Counted from the first letter of the stretch, positions 25,970 to 34,940 are shown. The stretch is DNA of 40,620 nucleotides from Ktedonobacterales bacterium (GCA_036383155.1 DASVOW010001113.1:1-40620), one strand, 5' to 3'. Numbers and translations: made by a program. The notes: generated by a model from the letters alone, not told the origin.

Positions 25970-26680
25970 ATGGGGAGACGTATGGAACATCCTGAGAGGG
26001 GCGAGCTCACCCAGAAAGCAGTATTGACACGGCAGCGCATCGTTGATACTGCGCTCCATCTGTTCGCTACGAAAGGATATGAAGACACGAGCATGCGCGA
26101 CATAGCCGCCGCTGCAGGGTGCTCCCTCGGCCTTGCCTACCGCTACTTCGCCAGCAAAGAAGATCTGGTGCTAGAGCTCTATCGCTGGCTGGCCGTGCAG
26201 TTGGAGGACCAGGTACGCCTCTTGCCTACGGGAAGTATCGCGGACCGCTTCCAGCATCTCATGCGTGCGCTCCTCGCCGTCATGACGCCTCATCGGCTGA
26301 CGCTAGGCGCTCTGACTGGCGCTGCGCTGAATCCCCTCTCACGTGCGGGGGTCTTTGGCGTGGAAGGAGCCGAGGTGCGCCGCCGCGCACGCACAGCCTA
26401 TCTTGCCCTCGTAGCAGGGGCCAGTGATGCCCCACGCCCATCACAAATAGAGGATCTGGCTACTTTGCTCTATGGGGTGCAACTGGCATTTGTGCTGTTC
26501 TGGCTGCAGGATGTGAGTAGCGAGGCACAGAAAACTGTGGAGTTGCTGCAGTTTGTCCACGACCTGTTGGCTCGCATGCGCCCGCTCCTACGGCTTCCCT
26601 GGATCACGCAGACCCTGGCGCAGCTCGTGCAGATTATTGGGCCCCTGCTTGGGCGCGACGAAAGCGTGCGGGTGGAGTAA
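25970..26680 (+). CDS. TetR/AcrR family transcriptional regulator
   Basis: GGAGGTAGGA SD upstream. N-terminal HTH is RQRIVDTALHLFATKGYEDTSMRDIAAAAGCSLGLAYRYFASKEDLV. Confidence 0.9.
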   Translation: MGRRMEHPERGELTQKAVLTRQRIVDTALHLFATKGYEDTSMRDIAAAAGCSLGLAYRYFASKEDLVLELYRWLAVQLEDQVRLLPTGSIADRFQHLMRALLAVMTPHRLTLGALTGAALNPLSRAGVFGVEGAEVRRRARTAYLALVAGASDAPRPSQIEDLATLLYGVQLAFVLFWLQDVSSEAQKTVELLQFVHDLLARMRPLLRLPWITQTLAQLVQIIGPLLGRDESVRVE

Positions 26681-26720
26681 GAATCGAATGGACCAGCCAG
26701 TGCCCTCGCACCACATCCAG

Positions 26721-27740
26721 TCAGCGGCGGTATTCGTCCCCGCAGTCGCCGATGAGTTGATAGAGATCGGCGCCCTGCGCCAGCGTGGCCTCGATCTGCG
26801 CGCGATCCGCATCGTCGAGTTGTAGAGTAAAGACACGCGCTGTATCGGCAATATGCTCCGCCACACCCAGACGCGCACCCACGATCACTCCTGCCACCTC
26901 TGGGCAATCGAGCACGTAGCGGACCGCGACATTCGCTATGCTCACGCCGTGTCTCTCTGCCACACGCTTGAGCGTTATCAGCAATTCCTGGAAAAGTTCC
27001 CAGCCGCCCCAGGTGTCCACCACCTGCTTATATTTGATCAGGCTTGCCGTCGTCAATGCCGCCTTCCCTGGCTCGTTGCGCCACAGATACTTCTCCGAGA
27101 GCAGGCCGCCACCTAATGCGCCATATGCTAACAAGTGGATGCCATGCTCCTGGCAAAACGCTGCCATGCGTATCTGGGCTCGTCGATCGATCAGCGAATA
27201 CTGGATCTGATTGGAGACGATGCGGATTCCCCGCTCTACGATCAGGCGCAGATGCTCAGCATCAAAGTTCGTCAGGGCAAGGTGGCGGATCTTCCCTTGC
27301 TGTTGCAGATCTGCGAGGTGCGAGAGCGTGTCCAGGTATGCGGGATTTCCATAGTCCCACCAGTGAAATTGCAGCAGATCAAGCCTCTCCACCCCCATAC
27401 GCCGCAGTGAGGTGGCAACAGCATCTTCCACACTCTGGCGCGTTATCGGGCCAGGTCGCGGCACCCACTTGGTGAACGCCTGAATACCCGCCACCGCCTC
27501 CTCTCCGCGCTCAGCGGCGACTCTGCGACGAAACGCTCCTACGAAGTCCTCGGCGGGACCATAGTGATCGGCCAGATCCCAGGTGGTAAATCCGGTGTCG
27601 TGATATGCAAACATCGCCTTCACCGCCGCCTGTGGATCAATCGTTCCGTGAGCTCCCGATACCTGCCACATGCCATTCAAAATGCGTGTTATCCGAAGGT
27701 CAGGTGTAAACTGCAGGTAGCTTGTAGGGGGAAGGCTCAT
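26721..27740 (-). CDS. aldo/keto reductase
   Basis: 339-aa ORF with AKR features (ILNGMWQVSGAHG, TTWDLADHYGPAE, LLQFHWWD, ALTNFD, LLAYGALGGGLLS). Confidence 0.88.
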   Translation of the reverse strand: MSLPPTSYLQFTPDLRITRILNGMWQVSGAHGTIDPQAAVKAMFAYHDTGFTTWDLADHYGPAEDFVGAFRRRVAAERGEEAVAGIQAFTKWVPRPGPITRQSVEDAVATSLRRMGVERLDLLQFHWWDYGNPAYLDTLSHLADLQQQGKIRHLALTNFDAEHLRLIVERGIRIVSNQIQYSLIDRRAQIRMAAFCQEHGIHLLAYGALGGGLLSEKYLWRNEPGKAALTTASLIKYKQVVDTWGGWELFQELLITLKRVAERHGVSIANVAVRYVLDCPEVAGVIVGARLGVAEHIADTARVFTLQLDDADRAQIEATLAQGADLYQLIGDCGDEYRR

Positions 27741-28064
27741 GGCTCGCTCTACTCCGTTCTGGCCCCTCGACTATGAGGAGGTCTCTCCGGTACCGAAATG
27801 CTCGTATTGCCTGTATTTTTTGGCGGTCGGAAGCTGTCCAATCATAGTGCCACCACCCAGGTTGAGACAATAGGTTGCTCCTAATGGGCCATCCGTCTGG
27901 CTGCCCTCTGTCCACCTGAATTTCGCCTCCGACTTCCGGTATTCGCCGCCTCATACAGAATACAGAAAGAGGACTATATCCCCACACCCACTACGAAAGG
28001 ACTCTCACATGCACACCCTACTCCGCCTGCACGCATCCCCAACATCTGGTGCCAGCACACCAGC

Positions 28065-28130
28065 GGCAATGGCGGCAAAATCGGCAATGGCGGCAACGAA
28101 ATCGGCAAAATCGGCAAAATGGGCAATATC
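28065..28130 (+). repeat. imperfect 9-bp tandem array (7 GGCAA-containing units)
   Basis: GGCAA starts at 28065, 28074, 28083, 28092, 28104, 28113 and 28122 (spacing 9,9,9,12,9,9): GGCAATGGC GGCAAAATC GGCAATGGC GGCAACGAAATC GGCAAAATC GGCAAAATG GGCAATATC. Confidence 0.85.
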
Positions 28131-28185
28131 CCTAGCTCGTCACAAACCCTCACCTCAAGGGTGCTCCTGCCATCAAGATAGCTGC

Positions 28186-28245
28186 GGCAAGAATTCCGGC
28201 AAGAATTCCGGCAAGAATTCCGGCAACCAAAACGGCAACCACCTA
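28186..28245 (+). repeat. 12-bp tandem array x5 (first three units identical GGCAAGAATTCC)
   Basis: GGCAAGAATTCC x3 (each unit contains GAATTC), then GGCAACCAAAAC and GGCAACCACCTA. GGCAA starts at 28186, 28198, 28210, 28222 and 28234. Confidence 0.9.
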
Positions 28246-28343
28246 CCCGCAATCACCGCCCGCCTCGCACGAGTCAAAAACGAGAAAAATCACGCATCTT
28301 GGTAACATGTACGCGGGACACGCAAAGGGCCGCACAACATCGT

Positions 28344-28387
28344 CCGAGCCCAAGCCGAGCCCGAGCCGAGCCCGAGCCGAGCCCGAG
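28344..28387 (+). repeat. 11-bp tandem array x4 (CCGAGCCCGAG)
   Basis: CCGAGCCCAAG CCGAGCCCGAG CCGAGCCCGAG CCGAGCCCGAG. The array ends about 20 bp upstream of the -35 of the tRNA-Val promoter. Confidence 0.9.
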
Positions 28388-28406
28388 TCCAATGCTAGCA
28401 ACGCGG

Positions 28407-28435
28407 TTGACGGCTCGAACCGCGCGTGGTATGCT
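28407..28435 (+). promoter_or_regulatory. sigma-70-type promoter for tRNA-Val
   Basis: TTGACG (28407-28412), 17-nt spacer, TG-n-TATGCT (28427-28435), about 50 nt upstream of the mature tRNA 5' end. Confidence 0.6.
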
Positions 28436-28484
28436 ATCCGAGCACTGAGCCATTTGGCACCTTGATGGATGCCAATCGCTTTTG

Positions 28485-28557
28485 GGGTGGTTAGCTCAGT
28501 CGGCAGAGCGCGTCGTTCACACCGACGAGGTCACTGGTTCGAGTCCAGTACCACCCA
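28485..28557 (+). tRNA. tRNA-Val (anticodon CAC)
   Basis: Cloverleaf folded by hand: acceptor GGGTGGT/ACCACCC, D-arm GCTC-AGTCGGCA-GAGC, anticodon arm CGTCG-TTCACAC-CGACG, T-arm ACTGG-TTCGAGT-CCAGT, discriminator A. CCA is not encoded (followed by CCC). Confidence 0.93.
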
Positions 28558-28575
28558 CCCATGTATGTAGCAAGA

Positions 28576-28609
28576 ATGCCACCTCTATCCGTCTAGATAG
28601 AGGTGGCAT
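28576..28609 (+). terminator. stem-loop downstream of tRNA-Val
   Basis: ATGCCACCTCTATC / GATAGAGGTGGCAT forms a 14-bp perfect stem with a 6-nt loop, followed by CGTTCTTGTGT. Confidence 0.5.
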
Positions 28610-28968
28610 CGTTCTTGTGTCGCTGCCTCTACGTGGACGCATGATGAACGCACAATTGGCACGATTCTTGAGCATACATAGGAGCGTCGCCTCTCCGATG
28701 TGCGAGCCAATTAACCTGCTCTTTCTCAGAGCGGTGATGCAGGGCGACTAGCATACTGTCAAGAAAATAGCCAACTAGGTATGACCGGTTGAAACTTGCG
28801 AGGTGAACCTGTTATTCTGTGGCAGCACGCCTCGTTCTGAAGGTGTTAGGAGTTCAATGCGCGACGCCCTCGAGGCGGTAGGCGCATGGATGGCCGCTCA
28901 TACTGACACGCGGCGCGTGCTGCGGCAAGCGTCATCGTAATCGTGCGGCTGAGAGAGGTGGTTCTCGC

Positions 28969-29580
28969 GTGAGCATTCTGCTGCAGCCAGCATTTCATCA
29001 GGCCCTGGCCGCTGTGGCGGCTGCGACGCCCTCGGCGACGGCGACGACAGCGTCGACGTTAGCCCCCGCAACGGGTAGCACGAGTGGCAGTAGCAGCGGC
29101 CTGAGTAGTCTGGGTGGTCTGCTCTTCGTCGTCGTGTTCTTTTTCGCCGCGTTTGTTGTGATCTTCATGGTAGCCTTGGTCTTTTGGACGTGGCGTGATG
29201 TGCGCTCACGCACGCAAGACACTGTTATGCAGATCACCGCAACGCTGCTCGTGTTGGTCTTTAACCTGGGCGGTCTCTTCATCTATCTCATCGTGCGCCC
29301 GCGCCAGACGCTCGCCGAGCTGTATGAGCGTCAGCTAGAGGAAGAGTCGTTGCTGGCGGAGATGACGGAGCGCCAAACCTGTCCGACGTGCCACTACCGT
29401 GTCGAAGGCGATTTCCAGGTCTGTCCGTCCTGTGGCACAAAGCTTCGTCGTCCTTGCCCTCGCTGCGAGCATCTGCTCGAATTGAAGTGGAATGTCTGCC
29501 CATACTGTGGCTACGGTGGCGGCGCGATGGACGGTGGCAGTCGCGCCCCCTCGCGTCAAGCGGCCCGTGCCGAACGCTGA
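28969..29580 (+). CDS. membrane protein: PLDc_N-like N-terminal domain fused to a C-terminal double zinc ribbon
   Basis: GTG start with GAGAGAGGTGG upstream. Ser/Thr/Ala-rich N-terminus, then helices with FWTWRDVRSRTQD...GGLFIYLIVRP (PLDc_N-like), then CPTCHYRV...CPSCG...CPRCEH...CPYCG. Confidence 0.68.
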   Translation: MSILLQPAFHQALAAVAAATPSATATTASTLAPATGSTSGSSSGLSSLGGLLFVVVFFFAAFVVIFMVALVFWTWRDVRSRTQDTVMQITATLLVLVFNLGGLFIYLIVRPRQTLAELYERQLEEESLLAEMTERQTCPTCHYRVEGDFQVCPSCGTKLRRPCPRCEHLLELKWNVCPYCGYGGGAMDGGSRAPSRQAARAER

Positions 29581-29624
29581 CGCGCGCATCCTACAACGGA
29601 TGCGAATCTGAGGAACAGTTAACG

Positions 29625-29661
29625 TCATGAGGAAGGTGGCCAGCAGCCACCTTCCTCATGA
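29625..29661. terminator. bidirectional stem-loop between convergent genes
   Basis: TCATGAGGAAGGTGGC / GCCACCTTCCTCATGA forms a 16-bp perfect stem with a 5-nt loop. It sits between the zinc-ribbon gene (+) and pncA (-). There is no strong U-tract. Confidence 0.5.
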
Positions 29662-29740
29662 TGTCTTGAGCAAGGACATGAACAGTAAGGTGCTGGCTAT
29701 TCACTCTTATTGAGCACGTCGAGTTTGCTCAAGCCTACTT

Positions 29741-30367
29741 CTAGCTCTGAGACACAGGCGCAAAGTCTGCTAGTGTTTCAGAATGAGCGCCAGCAGCTAG
29801 CATCTCACGCATCGCACGCTCGCCATCTCCCTTTGCAACATCCACCGGACGTGAGGCATCCTCTAGCACGGACACATCAAATGCGTCGCGCAGGCCATCC
29901 AGCACCGTCGCACGCACGCAATAATCCGTCGCTAGCCCACCGACGTGCAACCGCTTGATTCCCAAAGACCTCAGCGCGTCGAGCATTTCACTCCCATCTG
30001 GGAGCCGTGCATCAAGCATCGAGTACCCATCATCGATGGCGCTGGTGCCCTTCGAGCAGATCTGCGTTCCAGGCGGCAACCGCAGATCGCGGTGAAACTC
30101 AGCACCAAATGTTCCCTGGATGCAATGCGGCGGCCAGAGACCGCCAAACGCGGCGAAATGCGTGGTCACCGTGGGATGCCAATCACGGCTGGCAAAGATC
30201 GGCATGCCGGCGGCAGCGGCACGAGCGAGATACTGATTGAGCACAGGGACAACAGTGTCGCCTTCGGGCACCGGCAGCGCCCCACCAGGACAGAAGTCGT
30301 TTTGTACGTCCACAACGATCAAAGCATCACCTGCTGTTGCTGTTGGACCGTCATTCATTTCCTGCAT
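29741..30367 (-). CDS. pncA: nicotinamidase / pyrazinamidase (isochorismatase family)
   Basis: AAGGGAG SD upstream. Contains ALIVVDVQNDFCPGGALPV, SRDWHP, WPPHCIQGTFGAEFH and the catalytic Cys context GLATDYCV. Confidence 0.9.
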   Translation of the reverse strand: MQEMNDGPTATAGDALIVVDVQNDFCPGGALPVPEGDTVVPVLNQYLARAAAAGMPIFASRDWHPTVTTHFAAFGGLWPPHCIQGTFGAEFHRDLRLPPGTQICSKGTSAIDDGYSMLDARLPDGSEMLDALRSLGIKRLHVGGLATDYCVRATVLDGLRDAFDVSVLEDASRPVDVAKGDGERAMREMLAAGAHSETLADFAPVSQS

Positions 30368-30417
30368 CTTGACGCTCCCTTCTTACTGCCATCCTGATGC
30401 AATTTAGAGTTTTCGGC

Positions 30418-31146
30418 TTATTTGCTGGCGCGCGGATTGAAGCGATAGAGACGCGCTGGGCGATGCTGGCCTGTCATGCGCGTATGCTGCGTCGGCTCGA
30501 CGATGCGCGTCAACAGGAGTTTCTTGCGGAAATTGCGCTTGTCCAACCGGCGATTGAGGATAGCTTCATAGACCTCCTGCAGCTCGCTCAGCGTAAACTC
30601 GTGGGCAAGCAACTGGAAGCCGATGGTCGTATACTCCAACTTGCCGCGCAGCCGTTGCAGCGTGTATTGCAGGATCTCGTTGTGATCGAAGGCAAGCTGC
30701 GGCACATCGTATGCCCAAAAGAGGCGCGTATCCGTCTGTTCATCCGTCGGCACCTGCAGCTGATCGGGGCGAACGAGCGCATAGTAGACCACCGTGATGA
30801 CGCGCATGCGTGGATCACGATCTGGATTGCCAAATGTGTAGAGTTGCTCCAGATACACGTCACGTGCGCCAGTCACCTCTTCCAGCTTGCGCCGGGCGGC
30901 ATCTTCGAGAGACTCATCAGGCCGTACGAAGCCACCGGGCGTAGCCCATTGTCCCTCGAAAGGAGGATGCGAGCGCTTAATCAGCAAGACTTCGAGGCGG
31001 TGGTCTCGCACGGTGAGGATCACAACGTCGACGGTGACAGCAGGATGGTCGCTCCGGTTAGATGGCGCGTGCGTCGATTCGTCCTGAGGCACATTTCGTT
31101 CAGACGCTAAGAATCCCGTTTGCGCTGTGTCAGTTGTCGTTACCAC
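30418..31146 (-). CDS. nrtR: Nudix-related transcriptional regulator of NAD metabolism (NrtR family)
   Basis: ORF 30418..31191. The preferred start is GTG 31146 (GAGGAG 7 nt upstream), with GTG 31191 as an alternative. Nudix fold (GQWATPGGFVRPDESLEDAARRKLEEVTG) plus the NrtR-type C-terminal winged-helix signature FTLSELQEVYEAILNRRLDKRNFRKKL. It lies directly upstream of pncA on the same strand. Confidence 0.8.
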   Translation of the reverse strand: MVTTTDTAQTGFLASERNVPQDESTHAPSNRSDHPAVTVDVVILTVRDHRLEVLLIKRSHPPFEGQWATPGGFVRPDESLEDAARRKLEEVTGARDVYLEQLYTFGNPDRDPRMRVITVVYYALVRPDQLQVPTDEQTDTRLFWAYDVPQLAFDHNEILQYTLQRLRGKLEYTTIGFQLLAHEFTLSELQEVYEAILNRRLDKRNFRKKLLLTRIVEPTQHTRMTGQHRPARLYRFNPRASK

Positions 31147-31480
31147 GTCGGCGCTCCTCGCTGGCCGGGCCACTACACATGCTGCCCGCACCTCAGTTCA
31201 CTCCCGATCAAACAGTATCTCTCATCAGTCACAGTGTCAACAGACGTTACTCAACACGTACATTCCCTTTCAGAATAAGTCGCACACGTGATGGCCCACG
31301 GCCCGGCCTGGTAAAAGGTGTGATCCATGTAACTGGATGGGTAGCCGCTCCGTGTTATCATAGGCGGTACGGGACAGATGTATGCTTGCACCACACAAAA
31401 CAGGTAATATGACGACGCTGGCGATGGAGTGAATTAGCGATATCGCACAGAGGGCGGCGCATTTGGTGAGGGAACGGAAC

Positions 31481-33064
31481 ATGGAGAAACGTGATCCGAT
31501 GGGCTCTGTCGTTACCCCATCGGCGCAGGATGCACATATCGACCAAGTGCAGACGATTGAAATGCCCATGGCTATTCGTACCCAGGCCGGGCCCAGCGAT
31601 GTGCTATCAACCGAGAAAAGTCTATCTCCGCCATCGCCCGCCGGGATTACTGTCCTACCATGGGGAGGCCACACATATGAATCGCCCATGGAGATGCCCG
31701 CCACTGCCCTCGCCGGCTTTGACCCTATCGCCGATGCCACCACCGTTCGTACCCCTACCGCAGCGACGCCTTCACTGCAGCAATCAATGGGACGTACGGG
31801 ACGAACAGTATCAAGGCGTCTCCCGCTGACATTTGCGGCGCTGCTCGTGGTGCTAGTGCTTGCTGTCGCTACCGTATCAGTGCTCCAGATGCTCTCTTCA
31901 GCCCAGCACCTGGGCATGGGTCTGACGCCGACGCTTGCACCAACGGTTCCGTCAGCGGTACAAGGTACACCGAACCGCCACGCCTTTGATTGGGTTGGAC
32001 AAACACAGAATGCCGCCCAGGTTGCGTACGTCAACCAGATGCTCTCACACATGACACTGGACGAGAAGATCGGTCAGATGATCATGATCGAGTTCGAAGA
32101 ATCCCAGATGACCGACGGACTGGCGTATGAGATCTCGCATTACCATGTCGGCTCGGTGATCCTGTATGCGTACAACGTTCTTAATCCGAACCAAACGCGC
32201 GCCCTCGATCAGGCAATCCAGGCTAACGCCAAGATTCCCGTGCTTGTCTCGACAGACCAGGAAGGAGGGTCAGTCAACCGGCTGGCCAGCATCTTGGGCC
32301 CTCTTCCCTCTGCGGCAGAGGTCGGCGCGACAAACAATCCCAATTTCGCGAGGCAGCGCGGCGAGCAGGATGCCAAAACGCTCTACAGTCTCGGCATCAA
32401 TGCTAATCTGGCCCCCGTGGTGGATGTGCTGAATACGCCTACTGGCGGCGGGGCGATTGGAGATCGCGCTTTCGGCTCGACGCCGCAGCAGGTGACGAAG
32501 ATGGCTGGCGCCTATCTCACGGGCCTGCAGGAGAATCATCAGGTAGTAGGTTGTCTAAAACACTTTCCTGGTTTGGGCGCGGTCGAGCAGGATCCACATA
32601 AGGCGCTGACAACCCTGGATCGTGACCTAGGTACGCTGGAGCAGGTTGATTGGGCTCCGTACGCCTCGCTGATTGCTACTGGGCAGGTAGAAATGGTCAT
32701 GGTGACTCATGTCGTTATGCCAGCGGTCGACCCCGATCGCCCGGCCTCGCTCTCCAAACCCATGATCACCGGCATCCTGCGCGACAAACTCCACTTCAAC
32801 GGCGTCGTAATGACCGACGGCATCTATATGAAGGCGCTATCAGCTCACTATTCATTCGATCAGATCGTGCTGTATGCGGTAGAGGCCGGCGTTGACATGA
32901 TCTCCAGCACATACTCGCTCAGTTCCACCAATGAAGCGTTCAACGTCATCAAGAACGCAGTGCTCGACGGCACTCTTTCCCAGAAGCAAATCGATGACTC
33001 TGTTCGGCGGGTCCTCCTGACGAAGCTGCACTATGGAATGCTAGCGATACCGTCTGCCAAGTAA
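31481..33064 (+). CDS. membrane-anchored glycoside hydrolase family 3 (beta-N-acetylhexosaminidase, NagZ-like)
   Basis: ORF 31463..33064 trimmed to ATG 31481. TM helix LTFAALLVVLVLAVATVSVL, then the GH3 N-terminal domain: LDEKIGQMIMIEF, STDQEGGSVNRL, NLAPVVDV, KHFPGLG, VVMTDGIYM. Confidence 0.85.
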   Translation: MEKRDPMGSVVTPSAQDAHIDQVQTIEMPMAIRTQAGPSDVLSTEKSLSPPSPAGITVLPWGGHTYESPMEMPATALAGFDPIADATTVRTPTAATPSLQQSMGRTGRTVSRRLPLTFAALLVVLVLAVATVSVLQMLSSAQHLGMGLTPTLAPTVPSAVQGTPNRHAFDWVGQTQNAAQVAYVNQMLSHMTLDEKIGQMIMIEFEESQMTDGLAYEISHYHVGSVILYAYNVLNPNQTRALDQAIQANAKIPVLVSTDQEGGSVNRLASILGPLPSAAEVGATNNPNFARQRGEQDAKTLYSLGINANLAPVVDVLNTPTGGGAIGDRAFGSTPQQVTKMAGAYLTGLQENHQVVGCLKHFPGLGAVEQDPHKALTTLDRDLGTLEQVDWAPYASLIATGQVEMVMVTHVVMPAVDPDRPASLSKPMITGILRDKLHFNGVVMTDGIYMKALSAHYSFDQIVLYAVEAGVDMISSTYSLSSTNEAFNVIKNAVLDGTLSQKQIDDSVRRVLLTKLHYGMLAIPSAK

Positions 33065-33262
33065 GAAGGCTTACGCACTAGGCAGGCGATCATTCTCAGC
33101 CTCCCGTTAAGGCCAGCAGTGCCTGCCCGCGTACTGGCTTGTTCCCGTGCATCGCTGCGATAGATAATACAGAATAGGCTCTAAAATCGCGAGACGAGGC
33201 TCAACAGCTGAGAAAGGCCTCGGCTGTCAATACGTCGCTAGTAGGCAAAGGAGCACAGCGAG

Positions 33263-34786
33263 ATGCAAGATACGCTGCACATTCGAGATGCGATCTTTGT
33301 TGGGGGGCGCTGGATCTCCTCGACCAGTACAAAGACCACTGATGTCATCAATGCAACGACCGAGGAGGTCATGGGTCGCATTCCTGAAGGGACGCCAGAG
33401 GATGTGGATAAGGCAGTGAAGGCGGCAAAGGCGGCGTTCCCTGCGTGGTCGCAAACGCCAGTGAAGGAACGTGCCCAGTATATGCGCAAGATCGCGGATA
33501 TTCTGAAGGAACAGACTCCCGAAGTTGCACGGGTGATCGCGCAGGAGATGGGCATGCCATACAGACTGGCGCAGATCATCCAGGTAGGGCTGCCGACGAC
33601 GACGTTCGCATCAATGCCCCAGCTTCTTGAGGAGATGGTCTTTGAAGAGCAGATCGGCACCACACTCGTTGTGCGTGAACCGGTAGGGGTTGTCGGCTGT
33701 ATTACCCCCTGGAACTACCCGCTACACCAGATCGCGGCGAAAGTTGCTCCTGCGCTCGCTGCCGGATGCACTGTGGTGTTGAAGCCGAGCGAGGTCGCAC
33801 CGCTCAATGCCTTCCTGCTAGCTGAGATCATCGAGAAGGCCGGCTTGCCGGCAGGCGTCTTTAATCTCGTTTCAGGTAAAGGTACGGTCGTGGGTGAAGC
33901 CATCGTCGCGCATCCCGACGTCGATATGGTGTCGTTTACCGGCTCGACGCGTGCTGGGCGGCGGGTGAGCGAGCTGGCGTCCCAGACGATCAAGGCTGTC
34001 GCATTGGAGCTCGGTGGCAAATCGCCGAACATCCTCCTTGAGGATGCGGACTTCGAAAAGGCTGTAGCCGACGGCGTGAATAAGTGTTTCCTCAACTCAG
34101 GCCAGACATGCAGTGCGCTCACACGCATGATCGTGCCGCGTTCGCGACTGGCGGAGGTCGAGGAGCTGGCGCGCAGGGCAGCTGAGACGTATACCCCTGG
34201 CGACCCGTTCGAGAAGGCAACCCGGCTTGGCCCACTCGTCTCAGATGCCCAGCGCGAGCGCGTGCGAAATTACATCCGCAAGGGCATTACGGAGGGCGCA
34301 AAGTTGGTGACAGGTGGGGTAGAACCGCCCGAAGGCGTCGAGAAGGGCTATTTTGTGCGCCCAACCATCTTCAGCGAGGCCAGCACGGATATGACCATCG
34401 CTCAAGAAGAGATCTTCGGCCCAGTCCTCACAATCCTGCCCTACGAGGACGAGGAAGACGCTATCCGTATCGCTAATGATACCGTATATGGACTCGCTGG
34501 CGGTGTGTGGTCCGGCGATATCGCACATGCGGAGCGCGTGGCACGGCGGCTGCGCACCGGGCAGGTCGAGATCAATGGGGCTCCGTTCAACCCACTCGCG
34601 CCGTTCGGCGGCTACAAGCAGTCGGGCAATGGCCGCGAGCTGGGCAGGTATGGCATTGAGGAGTTCCTCGAAATCAAGGCGATGATGTTGCCTGTCAGTG
34701 CGGCACCGACTGCACGTCCGAGCGCATCAGAACATGCGGGCGAGCAAGCAGATCAGCGTGCCGAGATATCCAGTGTGCGCCCGTAG
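33263..34786 (+). CDS. NAD(P)-dependent aldehyde dehydrogenase
   Basis: AAAGGAG SD upstream. Contains [22 protein letters not shown], catalytic Cys in [17 protein letters not shown] and [12 protein letters not shown] ~30-aa low-complexity C-terminal tail follows. Confidence 0.92.
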   Translation: MQDTLHIRDAIFVGGRWISSTSTKTTDVINATTEEVMGRIPEGTPEDVDKAVKAAKAAFPAWSQTPVKERAQYMRKIADILKEQTPEVARVIAQEMGMPYRLAQIIQVGLPTTTFASMPQLLEEMVFEEQIGTTLVVREPVGVVGCITPWNYPLHQIAAKVAPALAAGCTVVLKPSEVAPLNAFLLAEIIEKAGLPAGVFNLVSGKGTVVGEAIVAHPDVDMVSFTGSTRAGRRVSELASQTIKAVALELGGKSPNILLEDADFEKAVADGVNKCFLNSGQTCSALTRMIVPRSRLAEVEELARRAAETYTPGDPFEKATRLGPLVSDAQRERVRNYIRKGITEGAKLVTGGVEPPEGVEKGYFVRPTIFSEASTDMTIAQEEIFGPVLTILPYEDEEDAIRIANDTVYGLAGGVWSGDIAHAERVARRLRTGQVEINGAPFNPLAPFGGYKQSGNGRELGRYGIEEFLEIKAMMLPVSAAPTARPSASEHAGEQADQRAEISSVRP

Positions 34787-34883
34787 GGTAATGCGAGAGT
34801 GGGTCGTGTCGCGACGCCCGTATCTGAACAGCAGCTTCAAGACACGACCCATGCGCCAATGGCCAATTCAGTCGTCGTGTAGC

Positions 34884-34912
34884 TTGACAGCAGCGACGCA
34901 CTAGCGTATCAT
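34884..34912 (+). promoter_or_regulatory. sigma-70-type promoter for the tRNA-Leu/tRNA-Ser pair
   Basis: Consensus TTGACA (34884-34889), 17-nt spacer, TATCAT (34907-34912), 28 nt upstream of the tRNA-Leu 5' end. Confidence 0.65.
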
Positions 34913-34940
34913 TAAGAGTGCCTTCTGACGAAGGCAACAC

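Noticed and set aside
28065-28387. Possible CRISPR array.
   Set aside because: The units are only 9-12 bp, directly tandem with no spacers, and form three unrelated arrays. There are no cas genes in the window.
28482-28751. 89-aa ORF.
   Set aside because: It starts inside tRNA-Val and reads through its terminator hairpin.
28558-28968. Integrated mobile element at tRNA-Val (and likewise downstream of the tRNA-Leu/Ser pair).
   Set aside because: There is no integrase or recombinase, and I could find no direct repeat of the tRNA 3' end downstream. The neighbouring genes look chromosomal.
30397-31110. 237-aa plus-strand ORF.
   Set aside because: It is antisense to nrtR, whose Nudix and wHTH signatures are on the minus strand.
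31270-32052. 260-aa minus-strand ORF.
   Set aside because: It overlaps the GH3 gene N-terminus in antisense. It is Ser/Ala/Cys-rich with no motifs.
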